DNA of 33,958 nucleotides, taken from the sequence record SRR20825019_1196, one strand, 5' to 3'. A model generated the notes under the pieces. It saw only the letters and a list, made by a program, of their open reading frames with translations, had not been told where the DNA came from and made no database searches. Position numbers and translations under genes: made by a program. The number at the start of each line of letters is the position of its first letter. The first letter of the stretch is position 1. Positions 9,766 through 18,776 of this stretch are shown in pieces.

Positions 9766-10641
9766 GTGAAGTTATCGCGCAATGCACTTTACGGGGGACT
9801 ATTGCTCCTGCCGGCAACGATCTTTCTGTGGGTCTTCACCTTCCAGCCAATCTTGCTGACGCTTTATAACAGCTTGTTCTCGACCCCTCGCGGACGCCGG
9901 CCTTCGGCGTTCGTCGGCGCCGAGCAGTACCAGTACATGCTTTCCGACCAGGTATTCTGGAAGGCGCTGACCAACAATGCGATCTATGCCGGACTGACGA
10001 TCCCGCTCTCCATGGCGCTGGCGTTGATCATGGCCATGCTGGTCAACTCCAAGCTCAAGGGCGTGACCTTCGCCCGTGTCGCGTTCTTTACGCCGACGGT
10101 TTTGCCGATGGTGGCGGTCGCCAATATCTGGCTGTTCTTTTATGCCCCGGATTACGGCCTGGTGGATAAATTTCTCGGCCTGTTCGGCGCCGGCGGCAAC
10201 AATTTCCTCGGTTCGCCCGAAACGGCGCTGCCTGCCATCATCGTCATCACGATCTGGAAAGAGGCCGGCTTCTTCATGATCTTCTACCTTGCGGCGCTGC
10301 AGCAGGTACCCCCAACCCTGATCGAGGCGGCGAAGCTTGAGGGCGCGAACGACTGGCAGACCTTCCGCCGCGTGGTGTTTCCGCTGCTGATGCCGACCAC
10401 GCTGTTCATCCTCATCAACGCGGTGATCAATGCATTCCGCATGGTCGATCATGTGCTGGCCATGACCAAGGGTGGTCCAAACAACGCCACGACACTGCTG
10501 CTCTACTACATCTACGAGGTCGGCTTTGCCTATTGGGATACCAATTACGCGGCCGCACTGACGGTCGTCCTGCTGGTCATTCTCGCAGCCATCGCCCTGT
10601 TCCAGTTTGGTTACGCCGACAAGAGGATTCATTACCGATGA
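9766..10641 (+). CDS. ABC transporter permease (UgpA-like)
   Basis: Multiple TM helices and an EAA loop (LIEAAKLEGA). GTG at 9766 follows GGAGG; alternative start at 9760. Confidence 0.93.
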   Translation: MKLSRNALYGGLLLLPATIFLWVFTFQPILLTLYNSLFSTPRGRRPSAFVGAEQYQYMLSDQVFWKALTNNAIYAGLTIPLSMALALIMAMLVNSKLKGVTFARVAFFTPTVLPMVAVANIWLFFYAPDYGLVDKFLGLFGAGGNNFLGSPETALPAIIVITIWKEAGFFMIFYLAALQQVPPTLIEAAKLEGANDWQTFRRVVFPLLMPTTLFILINAVINAFRMVDHVLAMTKGGPNNATTLLLYYIYEVGFAYWDTNYAAALTVVLLVILAAIALFQFGYADKRIHYR

Positions 10642-11456
10642 AGGACTTTGACAAGGCACTTTCGGTGCTGACCAATGTCGGCCTCTGGCTGCTGGCCCTG
10701 ATCTGGATTCTGCCGCTCGTCTATGCCTGCTGGACAGCCTTTCATCCGCCGGCTTATGCGACGAGCTACGATATCACCGCTCCTTGGACGCTGGAAAATT
10801 TCAGGCGCGTGCTCTCGGTCGCCCCCTTCGGTCGCTACTTCTGGAACACGTTCCTGCTGGTGACCATGATCCTTTGCGTGCAGTTCGTGATCTGCACTCT
10901 CGCGGCCTACGCATTCGTCTGCTTTCCGTTCCGCGGCTCGCGCATCCTATTCTATCTTGTTCTTCTGCAGTTGATGATCATGCCGGAGGCGCTGCTGATC
11001 GAAAACTATCGGACGGTCGGCGCGCTGGGTCAGCTTGACACGCTCGTCGGCATAGGCATGCCGTATTTCGCATCCGCGTTCGGCATATTCCTGTTCCGGC
11101 AGACATTCATGAGCATTCCCAAGGAACTGGAGGAAGCCGCGAGGCTTGAAGGCGCAAATGTTGTCCAGGTGCTACTCAGGGTGTTCGTACCGCTGGCAAA
11201 ACCGATCTATGTCGCCTTCGGGCTAGTGACCGTGAGCTACCACTGGAACAACTTCCTGTGGCCGCTTGTCGTTACCAACTCGGTTGAAACGCGACCTATT
11301 ACGGTCGGACTTCAGGTCTTCGCCACGGTTGAACAGGGTGTCGACTGGAGCCTCGTGACGGCTGCAACCGTCCTTTCCGTGGCACCTCTGCTGATCGCTT
11401 TCCTGCTGTTCCAGCGCCAGTTCGTGCAGAGTTTCATGCGCGCCGGCATCCGCTAA
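10638..11456 (+). CDS. ABC transporter permease (UgpE-like)
   Basis: ATGA overlap with the upstream gene; IPKELEEAARLEGA and WNNFLWPL motifs. Confidence 0.93.
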   Translation: MKDFDKALSVLTNVGLWLLALIWILPLVYACWTAFHPPAYATSYDITAPWTLENFRRVLSVAPFGRYFWNTFLLVTMILCVQFVICTLAAYAFVCFPFRGSRILFYLVLLQLMIMPEALLIENYRTVGALGQLDTLVGIGMPYFASAFGIFLFRQTFMSIPKELEEAARLEGANVVQVLLRVFVPLAKPIYVAFGLVTVSYHWNNFLWPLVVTNSVETRPITVGLQVFATVEQGVDWSLVTAATVLSVAPLLIAFLLFQRQFVQSFMRAGIR

Positions 11457-11471
11457 CGGGAGGGACTTTCT

Positions 11472-12248
11472 TTGCTCATCGCCCATCTCTCCGATTTTCA
11501 TGTGTTTTCGGATACCCCGGAAACAAGCCTCGTGCGGCGCGATGCGCCTGAAGCTGCCCGCAAGGTGGTCGCCGACCTTGCCGCCTTTACGCCCGCGGTC
11601 GATGCCGTCATGCTGACCGGCGACCTGACCGATTGCGGGACAGCCGAAGATTATGCGCTTCTCGACGATATCCTGGCGCCTCTGAAGGTCCCGGTCTTCG
11701 TCGTGCCGGGCAATCATGACCGACGGGAGACCATGCGCATGGCGTTCCGCTCGCGCCTTCCGCTTGCCGCTACCGGTGTCCTCAATTACGAGGTCGAGTT
11801 TGCCGGGGTCCGCATCATCGCGCTCGACACGCTGATCGAGGGCAGGGTGGATGGGCGCCTTGCATCAGAGAGCCTTGATTGGTTCGAGGATGCTCTTCGA
11901 CGCGCGCATGGCATACGGACCATCGTCCTTCTCCATCATCCTCCCTTCCCATCGGGCATTACCGGGCTCGATGAAATGGCCCTCGGCGAGGGAGCAGACA
12001 GACTTGGGGAGATCGTAGCGTCTTACGCCGGAAATCTCTCGATCCTCTCAGGCCATATCCACCGGCCTTACCAGGCATTCTGGAACGGGGCGTTCTGCGC
12101 CGTTGCCGGCAGCCCGGCGTTTCAGGTCGCGCTCGACCTCAGGCCTGGTGCACCTGAGCCTGGAACTGTCGCGGAACCCTATTCCTATTTCATTCATCGG
12201 CTTTCCGAGACGGGCGTTGCCATCCATCGCCGTTTCGTCAGCCTCTAA
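11472..12248 (+). CDS. Calcineurin-like metallophosphoesterase (GpdQ/CpdA-type phosphodiesterase)
   Basis: HLSDFH, TGDLTD, PGNHD, HHPP and GHIHR motifs. TTG start after GGGAGGG; no signal peptide. Confidence 0.92.
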   Translation: MLIAHLSDFHVFSDTPETSLVRRDAPEAARKVVADLAAFTPAVDAVMLTGDLTDCGTAEDYALLDDILAPLKVPVFVVPGNHDRRETMRMAFRSRLPLAATGVLNYEVEFAGVRIIALDTLIEGRVDGRLASESLDWFEDALRRAHGIRTIVLLHHPPFPSGITGLDEMALGEGADRLGEIVASYAGNLSILSGHIHRPYQAFWNGAFCAVAGSPAFQVALDLRPGAPEPGTVAEPYSYFIHRLSETGVAIHRRFVSL

Positions 12249-12269
12249 TTCTCCGAGGAAAGTGCGACC

Positions 12270-13052
12270 ATGTACTCCAAAGCTGAAGACATCGCCATCG
12301 AGGCGGGTGAAATCGCCATGCGCCATTTCAGGAACCTGACCGCGCTGCCGGTTGAAGCGAAAGGCCACCTTGATCTGGTCACAGAAGCCGACAAGGGCGT
12401 TGAGCTGTTTTTGATCGACGCCTTGCGGCAGCAGTTTCCGGATGATGGCGTCTTCGGCGAGGAAGGCAGCAACATCGCTGGCACGTCGGGCCGTACCTGG
12501 GTCGTGGATCCGATCGATGGCACCTTCAATTTCGTTCGTGGGGGAGACCAATGGGCGGTGTCCATCGGGCTCTACGAAGATGGCGCTCCGAAGTTCGGTG
12601 TGATCCACGCGCCGGTTCGGGGTGAAACCTATGTCGGCAGCGCTGATGGCGGGGCCACACTCAACGGTTCGCCGCTGCGTGCCCGTCAGGGTGTAGACTG
12701 GGCCAAGGCGGCAACGAATGTTGGGTTCCATCCGATCATACCGGTGGCGCAACGTCTCGAAGTGCTCGATTTCGTCATGCGTGAGGCGCGCATGATGTTC
12801 AAATGCTGCGGTTCGGCGACGATATCGCTGATGCAACTCGCCTCCGGCGAGGTCGATGGCTATATCGGTATGGGCGAATCGAGCTGGGACCTGATGGCGG
12901 CGCTGGCTATTTTGAAGCCTCTGGGTATCGACAGCACAATCGACTGGTCTGCGGCTGGTCTGGACACACGTTTCAAATTCGCTGCAGGTACGCCCGAATT
13001 CCTCGCGGCAGTAAAGCCTGCAGTACCGTTCGGCGCGCGTTTGACGCTGTGA
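12270..13052 (+). CDS. Inositol monophosphatase-family (FIG) phosphatase
   Basis: DLVTEAD, GEE, VDPIDGT and WDLMAA motifs. Confidence 0.93.
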   Translation: MYSKAEDIAIEAGEIAMRHFRNLTALPVEAKGHLDLVTEADKGVELFLIDALRQQFPDDGVFGEEGSNIAGTSGRTWVVDPIDGTFNFVRGGDQWAVSIGLYEDGAPKFGVIHAPVRGETYVGSADGGATLNGSPLRARQGVDWAKAATNVGFHPIIPVAQRLEVLDFVMREARMMFKCCGSATISLMQLASGEVDGYIGMGESSWDLMAALAILKPLGIDSTIDWSAAGLDTRFKFAAGTPEFLAAVKPAVPFGARLTL

Positions 13053-13307
13053 TGATAGGACAATTTCATCAGCGTGTTGAAGAAAGGGGTCGGCGGTTCC
13101 AATCCCTTCAAGACCATGATTTTGTCTGTCAATGCGGGCAGAGTCACATCAATATCCGGCGAAGGTTCCAAAAAAAGCTTTGCGCCTTTATTTCGGACAT
13201 TTAGTACAACGTGATTTCCTATCTAGGGGAGACGTTCAATAGTCAGTTCAGACAAGCGTTACTTCTGTGGCCTCGGATCGCAATGATCTATCAAGAAAGT
13301 TGCGCAA

Positions 13308-14330
13308 TCACTCAGTTTCAGGGGGGAAGACACTTGCCCAATCGCGCTTCATGCTGATCACGATCCAGCCGCTCGCCTCAGCCTCATCCACCGTCGCCTG
13401 AGACAGGTGACCAAAGCTTGTGTCTGGCAGCCCACCGGCCGGCCCGTATGCATATTCCCGTTCTGCGTCGTCATGGTTCACCAGAAGAGCCAGTCGCGCC
13501 CCCGGGCCCGATGTGGTCCATTCGAGCATCTGCCGGTCGCCATCGGAATTTCCGAAGGCCATGATGGGACGTTTGCCGATTGCGGTGTTGATACCGACCG
13601 GCTTGCCGCCTTTGTCGTCGTTGAACGCAAGAGATGGCAGTCGAGTCAGTTGTGGCGCGCCATCGACAATTTCATATTTCGTTTCAACCACGGAGCCCAC
13701 GACCTGCTGGGGCGGGATGCCGTAGACTGCGTCGGTGATCACTCGCATGAACTCGATACCGCCGCCGGAAACGATATAGGTCTGGAAACCTTCCGAACGG
13801 AGATAGTCGAGTATTTCCAGCATCGGCTGGTAGGCTAGCTCGGTGTATGGTCTGTCGAACCTTGGGTGACGGGCGCTGGTGAACCAGTTAGCGACGATCT
13901 CGGAAAATTCGTCGGAGTTCATGCCAGCATGGGTTACGGCAAGAAGCTGCGCCACGGCACCTTCGCCGGCTGCGGCAACCCCCTTCATGTTACCGGTAAG
14001 CGCCGATTTGAACGGCTCTGTCGTTTTCCATTCCGGATGCTCTGGGGCCAGAGCCTTCAGCCGATCGAACATGAAGGCCAACTGGGTATACATCGGATGC
14101 TCATTCCAAAGAGTACCGTCATTGTCGAAGACAACAATCCGGTCCTCTGGCGCCACATATGCGTCGCCTGTTTCATCGGTGGTGGCCGCGACGAAATCGA
14201 GAATTCTTTGTTTCGTATCGCCGCCATTCCATGAGGCAAGCGGCTCTGCCGGCTGCGCAGCCGCCAAGGTGATGGTGAAAAACGCAAAACAGGTGGCCAG
14301 TAAGGTTCGGCCGAGTGCGGTCATGCTCAT
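13308..14330 (-). CDS. Secreted HAD-superfamily hydrolase (nonspecific acid phosphatase-like)
   Basis: Signal peptide; FDNDGTLW, IVSGGG, GKP and FGNSDGD motifs. Start at 14330 chosen from the GAGGGG RBS. Confidence 0.9.
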   Translation of the reverse strand: MSMTALGRTLLATCFAFFTITLAAAQPAEPLASWNGGDTKQRILDFVAATTDETGDAYVAPEDRIVVFDNDGTLWNEHPMYTQLAFMFDRLKALAPEHPEWKTTEPFKSALTGNMKGVAAAGEGAVAQLLAVTHAGMNSDEFSEIVANWFTSARHPRFDRPYTELAYQPMLEILDYLRSEGFQTYIVSGGGIEFMRVITDAVYGIPPQQVVGSVVETKYEIVDGAPQLTRLPSLAFNDDKGGKPVGINTAIGKRPIMAFGNSDGDRQMLEWTTSGPGARLALLVNHDDAEREYAYGPAGGLPDTSFGHLSQATVDEAEASGWIVISMKRDWASVFPPETE

Positions 14331-14363
14331 CGTCGAGTACCCCTCGCGCGTGATCAGATGGAA

Positions 14364-14391
14364 CCCCGCAGACAAAGACCCGTCTGCGGGG
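14364..14391 (-). terminator. Strong hairpin between the sulfatase and HAD genes
   Basis: CCCCGCAGAC-N8-GTCTGCGGGG, a 10-bp perfect stem just after the sulfatase stop, with a weak U tail. Confidence 0.55.
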
Positions 14392-14400
14392 CGCTGGTTG

Positions 14401-15984
14401 CTATTGCGCCATACCGCTCAGCACATCCTCGAGATGGGCCTGGATCTGGTCGACCGAGAAGCTTGCTGCGTCCTGAGACGGCGGATATTCCTCGAAGGTT
14501 TCAAAGAACTTGGCCACCTCAAGCTGCGCCGGCACCAGCAGGAAAGCGTGATCGATCAGCCAGTCGTAATAGGTGTTCGATGTGACGTCGGCGCGTTCAT
14601 AAGGGTCGGAGCGAAGGTCGAAGATCTTCGGCAGCCGTAGCTGGGTGAATGGCTCTGCCCAGATATTCAGCGTTCCAGTTTCACGCTGCTCCGCAAAGAC
14701 CATCTTCCAGTTTTCGTAACGCAGCGCGACAATTTCGCCGTCATCGTTGAAATAGAAGAACTCGTTGCGCGCGCTCTCGTCCTCTTCGCTAGTCAGGTAG
14801 GGAAGCTGATTATAGCCGTCGAGGTGAACCTTGTACTCGCTTCCGTCGATCGTCGTGCCCTGCTTCAGGCGTTCGGTGATGTCCGTGTCGCCCGCCGCTG
14901 CCAAGAGTGTCGGAAACCAGTCGAGGCCTGAAAAGATGCCGGTCTTGACCGTGCCCGGTTCGATATGGCCCGGCCAGCGGATCATGGCGGGCACGCGGAA
15001 TGCGCCTTCCCAGTTGGTGTTCTTTTCGCTTCGGAATGGGGTCGTGCCGGCGTCCGGCCACGAGTTCTGGTGCGGGCCATTGTCTGTGGAGTAGATGACG
15101 ATGGTATTATCGGCCACACCTGTTTCATCCAACGCGTCAAGAATCGTGCCGACGACGCCGTCATGCTCGATCATGCCGTCTGCATATTCGGTAAGCGCCG
15201 TCAGTCCCGGTTCGCTGCGGTGCTCATCGCGGACATGGGTGCGGAAATGCATGCGTGTCGTGTTCATCCAGATGAAGAACGGTTTGTCCTCTTCAACCTG
15301 GCGGTTCATGAAATCGATGGCTGCAGCGGAGGTCTCGTCATCCACCGTTTCCATGCGCTTTTTGGTCAGCGGCCCGGTGTCTTCGATTTCGCCACCGGCA
15401 TAGGAATGGATTACGCCGCGCGGACCATATTGTTCGCGGAAAACCGGATCGGTCGGGTAGTTGCGGTTTTCCGGCTCCTCCTCGGCGTTGAGGTGGTAAA
15501 GGTTGCCGAAGAATTCATCGAAGCCATGCGCGGTCGGCAGGAACGCATCCTTGTCGCCAAGATGGTTCTTGCCGAACTGTCCGGTGGCATATCCCAAATC
15601 CTTGAGCGCTGCGGCGATCGTCACGTCATCGGCGCGCAAGCCGACATCGGCGCCCGGAAGGCCGACCTTGGACAGGCCGGTCCTGAGGGTCGATTGCCCG
15701 GTGATGAATGTTGAGCGGCCCGCCGTGCAGCTCTGCTCCGCATAATAGTCGGTGAATTTGGCGCCATCAGCAGCAATGCGATCGATATTGGGCGTGAGAT
15801 ATCCCATCAGACCGAAGCTGTAGGTAGACAGGTTTGTCTGCCCTATATCGTCGCCCCAGATGACGAGAATGTTGGGCTTGGCGCTGCTTTCCATGCTTTC
15901 CTGAGCCTGGGCGAGGCTCGGCGCCCCGACAAGAGACAAGAGGCTCAGGGTCATGGCAACCGAAGAAAATCTTCGCAATTTCAT
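14401..15984 (-). CDS. Secreted arylsulfatase (formylglycine-dependent, Cys-type)
   Basis: Signal peptide MKLRRFSS...AQA; KPNILVIWGDDIG, SCTAGRSTFITG, GKNHLG, TDNG and WEGAFRVP motifs. AGAGGGA RBS. Confidence 0.93.
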   Translation of the reverse strand: MKLRRFSSVAMTLSLLSLVGAPSLAQAQESMESSAKPNILVIWGDDIGQTNLSTYSFGLMGYLTPNIDRIAADGAKFTDYYAEQSCTAGRSTFITGQSTLRTGLSKVGLPGADVGLRADDVTIAAALKDLGYATGQFGKNHLGDKDAFLPTAHGFDEFFGNLYHLNAEEEPENRNYPTDPVFREQYGPRGVIHSYAGGEIEDTGPLTKKRMETVDDETSAAAIDFMNRQVEEDKPFFIWMNTTRMHFRTHVRDEHRSEPGLTALTEYADGMIEHDGVVGTILDALDETGVADNTIVIYSTDNGPHQNSWPDAGTTPFRSEKNTNWEGAFRVPAMIRWPGHIEPGTVKTGIFSGLDWFPTLLAAAGDTDITERLKQGTTIDGSEYKVHLDGYNQLPYLTSEEDESARNEFFYFNDDGEIVALRYENWKMVFAEQRETGTLNIWAEPFTQLRLPKIFDLRSDPYERADVTSNTYYDWLIDHAFLLVPAQLEVAKFFETFEEYPPSQDAASFSVDQIQAHLEDVLSGMAQ

Positions 15985-16034
15985 TTGGTATCCCTCTCTG
16001 TGTTGAACGCACGCGTCAGCCTTCGGCGTGTTTC

Positions 16035-16283
16035 TCATCGGTTTGAGGTCTGACGTGGATGATGGTGTGCGATGAACCGGAGCACCTCTCGCTCCAGTTC
16101 GACGACCAGGTTCGCGTACTGCGCAGCCCGCGTTGCATCATGGTGCCAATCGGCAAGGGCTTGTGTTGCAATGGCATAATCGTCGCAAAGGGCTTTGAAC
16201 TCGGCGTCGAGACCACAAAGTCGCCTGAGAGCGAATTCGTGTTCAGGGAGCCTGGAGATGATCGGGACCGTTGTGATGCTCAT
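16035..16283 (-). CDS. Small hypothetical protein (82 aa)
   Basis: MSITTVPIISRLPEHEFALRRLCGLDAEFKALCDDY...; helical, first gene of the sulfatase unit. Resembles small proteins I recall next to TolB-like/TPR genes in rhizobia (not verified). Start codon uncertain. Confidence 0.7.
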   Translation of the reverse strand: MSITTVPIISRLPEHEFALRRLCGLDAEFKALCDDYAIATQALADWHHDATRAAQYANLVVELEREVLRFIAHHHPRQTSNR

Positions 16284-16538
16284 TGGCCTTGCTCTTGTCT
16301 GCGCAGCCAATGGTCTCCTTGCGGCTGAACGTTTGCTAGGTTCGCACTGTACGAACATGTAGCGATCACCAGTACAGATCCTAGGTTCTTTTCCTGATTG
16401 AGCTGACTTTTCAGTAGTTTGCGTTCTGTCATAATTGATTAATAGTTCACGGAACCCGCACTCTGAAAAATAGGCCTGACTTATATTTGAAATCGTTGAT
16501 GGAAAATCGCCAGCGGATGAATTACGCTTTACGAATAA

Positions 16539-18317
16539 ATGCCGACGGGAAATCTTCCGAGAGACAAGGGAATTGACTTCCGAGGGGGCCGCGCTTTGGA
16601 GCGGAAGGCAGATTTCGACATTTCAACAATGGAGGAGTTTTGTCCCGATGACATCAGGGCAGAGCTTTGCCGGATACTTGCTAGCTCTTCGTTCCGCGCG
16701 ACACGGCTGCGGCGCGAAATGCTCTCCTTTGTTGTCGAAGAAACCCTTGCCGGTCGTTCTAACGAGCTGAAGGGCTACACAATCGGCGTGCATGTTTTCG
16801 CGCGCGCGGATGATTTTGACCCGGGTGCCGATCCGGTCGTTCGGCTCGAGGCACGCCGTTTGCGCAACGACCTCGGCGTTTACTATTCGGAGGCCGGCAG
16901 GCGTGACAAGCTGAGGATTTCCATCCCCGTTGGCGGTTATGTTCCCTCGATAACCCGGCAAGTGCCGCTTGCCCCTGATGCGTTCGAGCCGACCGAGCCG
17001 GAACCCGTCACAGCCAGGAATACGGCTGGTTTGCTCCGCCGTTGGCAAGCTCTGGGCATTTCTGCAGTCGTTCTGGTCCTTGTAGGTGCCGGGGTGGGGA
17101 TGTTCTTGGCAGCAGAGAAGCCGAAGGTGGGCACAGAGAGACCCTCACTCGTCGTGCTGCCTCTCCAGATCTTGAGCGACAATGATAATGACAGATTCTT
17201 GGCGCTCGGTATTGTCAGCCGCATCGTCGGCGATCTGAGCCGCTTTCAGGGGCTGTCGCTTTACGATCCGCGCCAGGGCCTGTCTCAGGAGCCGGACACG
17301 GATCCGGCCGAACTTGGCAGGCAATGGGGTGTTTCATATGTGCTCGCCGGAGATTTCTGGACCCGCGGTCCGCTTGTCACCGTTGTTGCGCGGCTCATCG
17401 AAAGCGGGACCGGGCGCGTGGTATGGACGGGTTATTACGACCGGGCTCTGAGCGCGCACGACGCCACGGCACTCGAACAAGAAATAGCCGCCAGCCTTGC
17501 CTCCGCGCTCGCCCAGCCGTTTGGGGTGATCAATGCGGATATTGCCAGAACACTCCCCGATGATCCGGAACTGAGCACCGAAAACTACGAGTGCGTGCTG
17601 CGCGGCTATTATTTCCGTCATACTTATGAGCCGAAGCTGCATGGCCCGATCATGACGTGCCTGGAGGCGGCGGTCGCGAGAGACCCGTCCGACGCGGAGG
17701 CCTGGGCAATGCTTGGCTTCATGCATTTCACATCCGTCGCTATGAGCATCATTCCCGATTATCCGGAAATTACGCTCGACAGCGCCGCCGATTTCGCACT
17801 GCGCGCTATCCAGATCGAACCCGAAAACATTCTCGGCATCAAGACGCTTTCGGTTGTCCAGTATCTGCGGGAGAATTACAAGGATGCCGAGCGCCTTGCT
17901 CGCCTTGCAATCCAGCTCAACCCCAACGATCCCGAAGCGCTCTACCAGCTGGGCTGGCGGCTTGCGATCCGCGGCAACTTTTCCGAAGGCATACCGCTTA
18001 TAGAAGAGGCCATCGAGCGGACGGTCAATCCGCCAGGGCCGTATTATCACCTTCTTGCAATTGACCAGCTGATGCGTGGCGATGGCGAGGCCATGCTGGC
18101 ATTCGCCACCCGGGCATCTTCTGACGACTCGGCGCTCAGCCAGTCGCTGGTTGCCATGGCGGAAAATCTTCTCGATGATCACCATGGCGCTCAACGTGCC
18201 ATAGACCGCATGAACATGATCACGCCCGGCTACGACCCGATCGCCCGCTTCCGGGCCTACAAGGCGGCAGACGAAATAATTGCGGCAATGACCGCGGCCC
18301 TTGAGGGCAGGATCTGA
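16539..18317 (+). CDS. Membrane-anchored TolB-like/TPR protein with a conserved N-terminal cytoplasmic, putative DNA-binding domain
   Basis: N-terminal ELCRILASSSF...VVEETLAG...LKGYTIGVHVF...DPVVRLEARRLR...GGYVP, one TM helix, PSLVVLPL...YVLAG TolB-like domain, TPRs (AIQLNPNDPEAL). Alternative start at ATG 16629. Confidence 0.85.
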   Translation: MPTGNLPRDKGIDFRGGRALERKADFDISTMEEFCPDDIRAELCRILASSSFRATRLRREMLSFVVEETLAGRSNELKGYTIGVHVFARADDFDPGADPVVRLEARRLRNDLGVYYSEAGRRDKLRISIPVGGYVPSITRQVPLAPDAFEPTEPEPVTARNTAGLLRRWQALGISAVVLVLVGAGVGMFLAAEKPKVGTERPSLVVLPLQILSDNDNDRFLALGIVSRIVGDLSRFQGLSLYDPRQGLSQEPDTDPAELGRQWGVSYVLAGDFWTRGPLVTVVARLIESGTGRVVWTGYYDRALSAHDATALEQEIAASLASALAQPFGVINADIARTLPDDPELSTENYECVLRGYYFRHTYEPKLHGPIMTCLEAAVARDPSDAEAWAMLGFMHFTSVAMSIIPDYPEITLDSAADFALRAIQIEPENILGIKTLSVVQYLRENYKDAERLARLAIQLNPNDPEALYQLGWRLAIRGNFSEGIPLIEEAIERTVNPPGPYYHLLAIDQLMRGDGEAMLAFATRASSDDSALSQSLVAMAENLLDDHHGAQRAIDRMNMITPGYDPIARFRAYKAADEIIAAMTAALEGRI

Positions 18318-18320
18318 TGA

Positions 18321-18525
18321 CGGCGGTGCGTCGAGAACTCTTCGTGCAGCTTTCACCCCTGATCCAGCGCATTTATCTTCGACTCTACCAGCCTCAGGCA
18401 ATAAATACGCTCGAAGATGATATCGCTCCGGTCCCAATTTGCGGATGACGATTGGTGAACTTGCCACGGTGGCCGATCACGAATTCATCGACATAGCCTC
18501 GGACTCAGACGTTCCGATGACCGTA
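18321..18525 (-). mobile_element. Degraded IS21-family istA fragment
   Basis: Manual translation YGHRNV*VRGYVDEFVIGHRGKFTNRHP, frameshift, WDRSDIIFERIYCLRLVESKINALDQG*KLHEEFSTHRR. Resembles the C-terminal region of IstA, with 2 stops and 1 frameshift. Confidence 0.75.
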
Positions 18526-18726
18526 GCCAACCGTCCGGCTCCGCGTGATCTGCTGGAAGTCTGCGTATTTCGCCTTCAATGTGACGGTTCGCCCGCTGAT
18601 CTGCTTGTTCTCCACATGGCGCCAGACCTTGCTTGCGAGCGGGAGCAGCTCGGACTTCGCCGACGCCAGCTCGAAAATATCGGCGGCAAAGGTATCTTCC
18701 GCACCGATTGATTTGCGCGGCCGATC
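18526..18726 (-). pseudogene. dinB: DNA polymerase IV little-finger fragment
   Basis: DRPRKSIGAEDTFAADIF...GRTVTLKAKYADFQQITRSRT; no catalytic domain and no start codon. Confidence 0.88.
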
Positions 18727-18776
18727 TTGTTGCCGAGATCGGCGGTGCAGAAGTCGGCCACGGAAGCGGCAGCCGC

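Noticed and set aside
7145-10659. Long antisense ORFs (374, 423 and 286 aa); similar ones at 17334-18467 and 30278-33011
   Set aside because: They lie opposite well-supported genes, show no family motifs and reflect GC3 codon bias.
13085-13110. AGGGGTCGGCGGTTCCAATCCC resembles a tRNA variable loop and T-arm
   Set aside because: The T-stem does not pair fully, and there is no acceptor stem, D arm or anticodon arm.
16539-18317. Adenylate cyclase or TolB annotation
   Set aside because: No nucleotidyl-cyclase catalytic motifs or beta-propeller repeats; only the shared TolB-like/TPR module is present.
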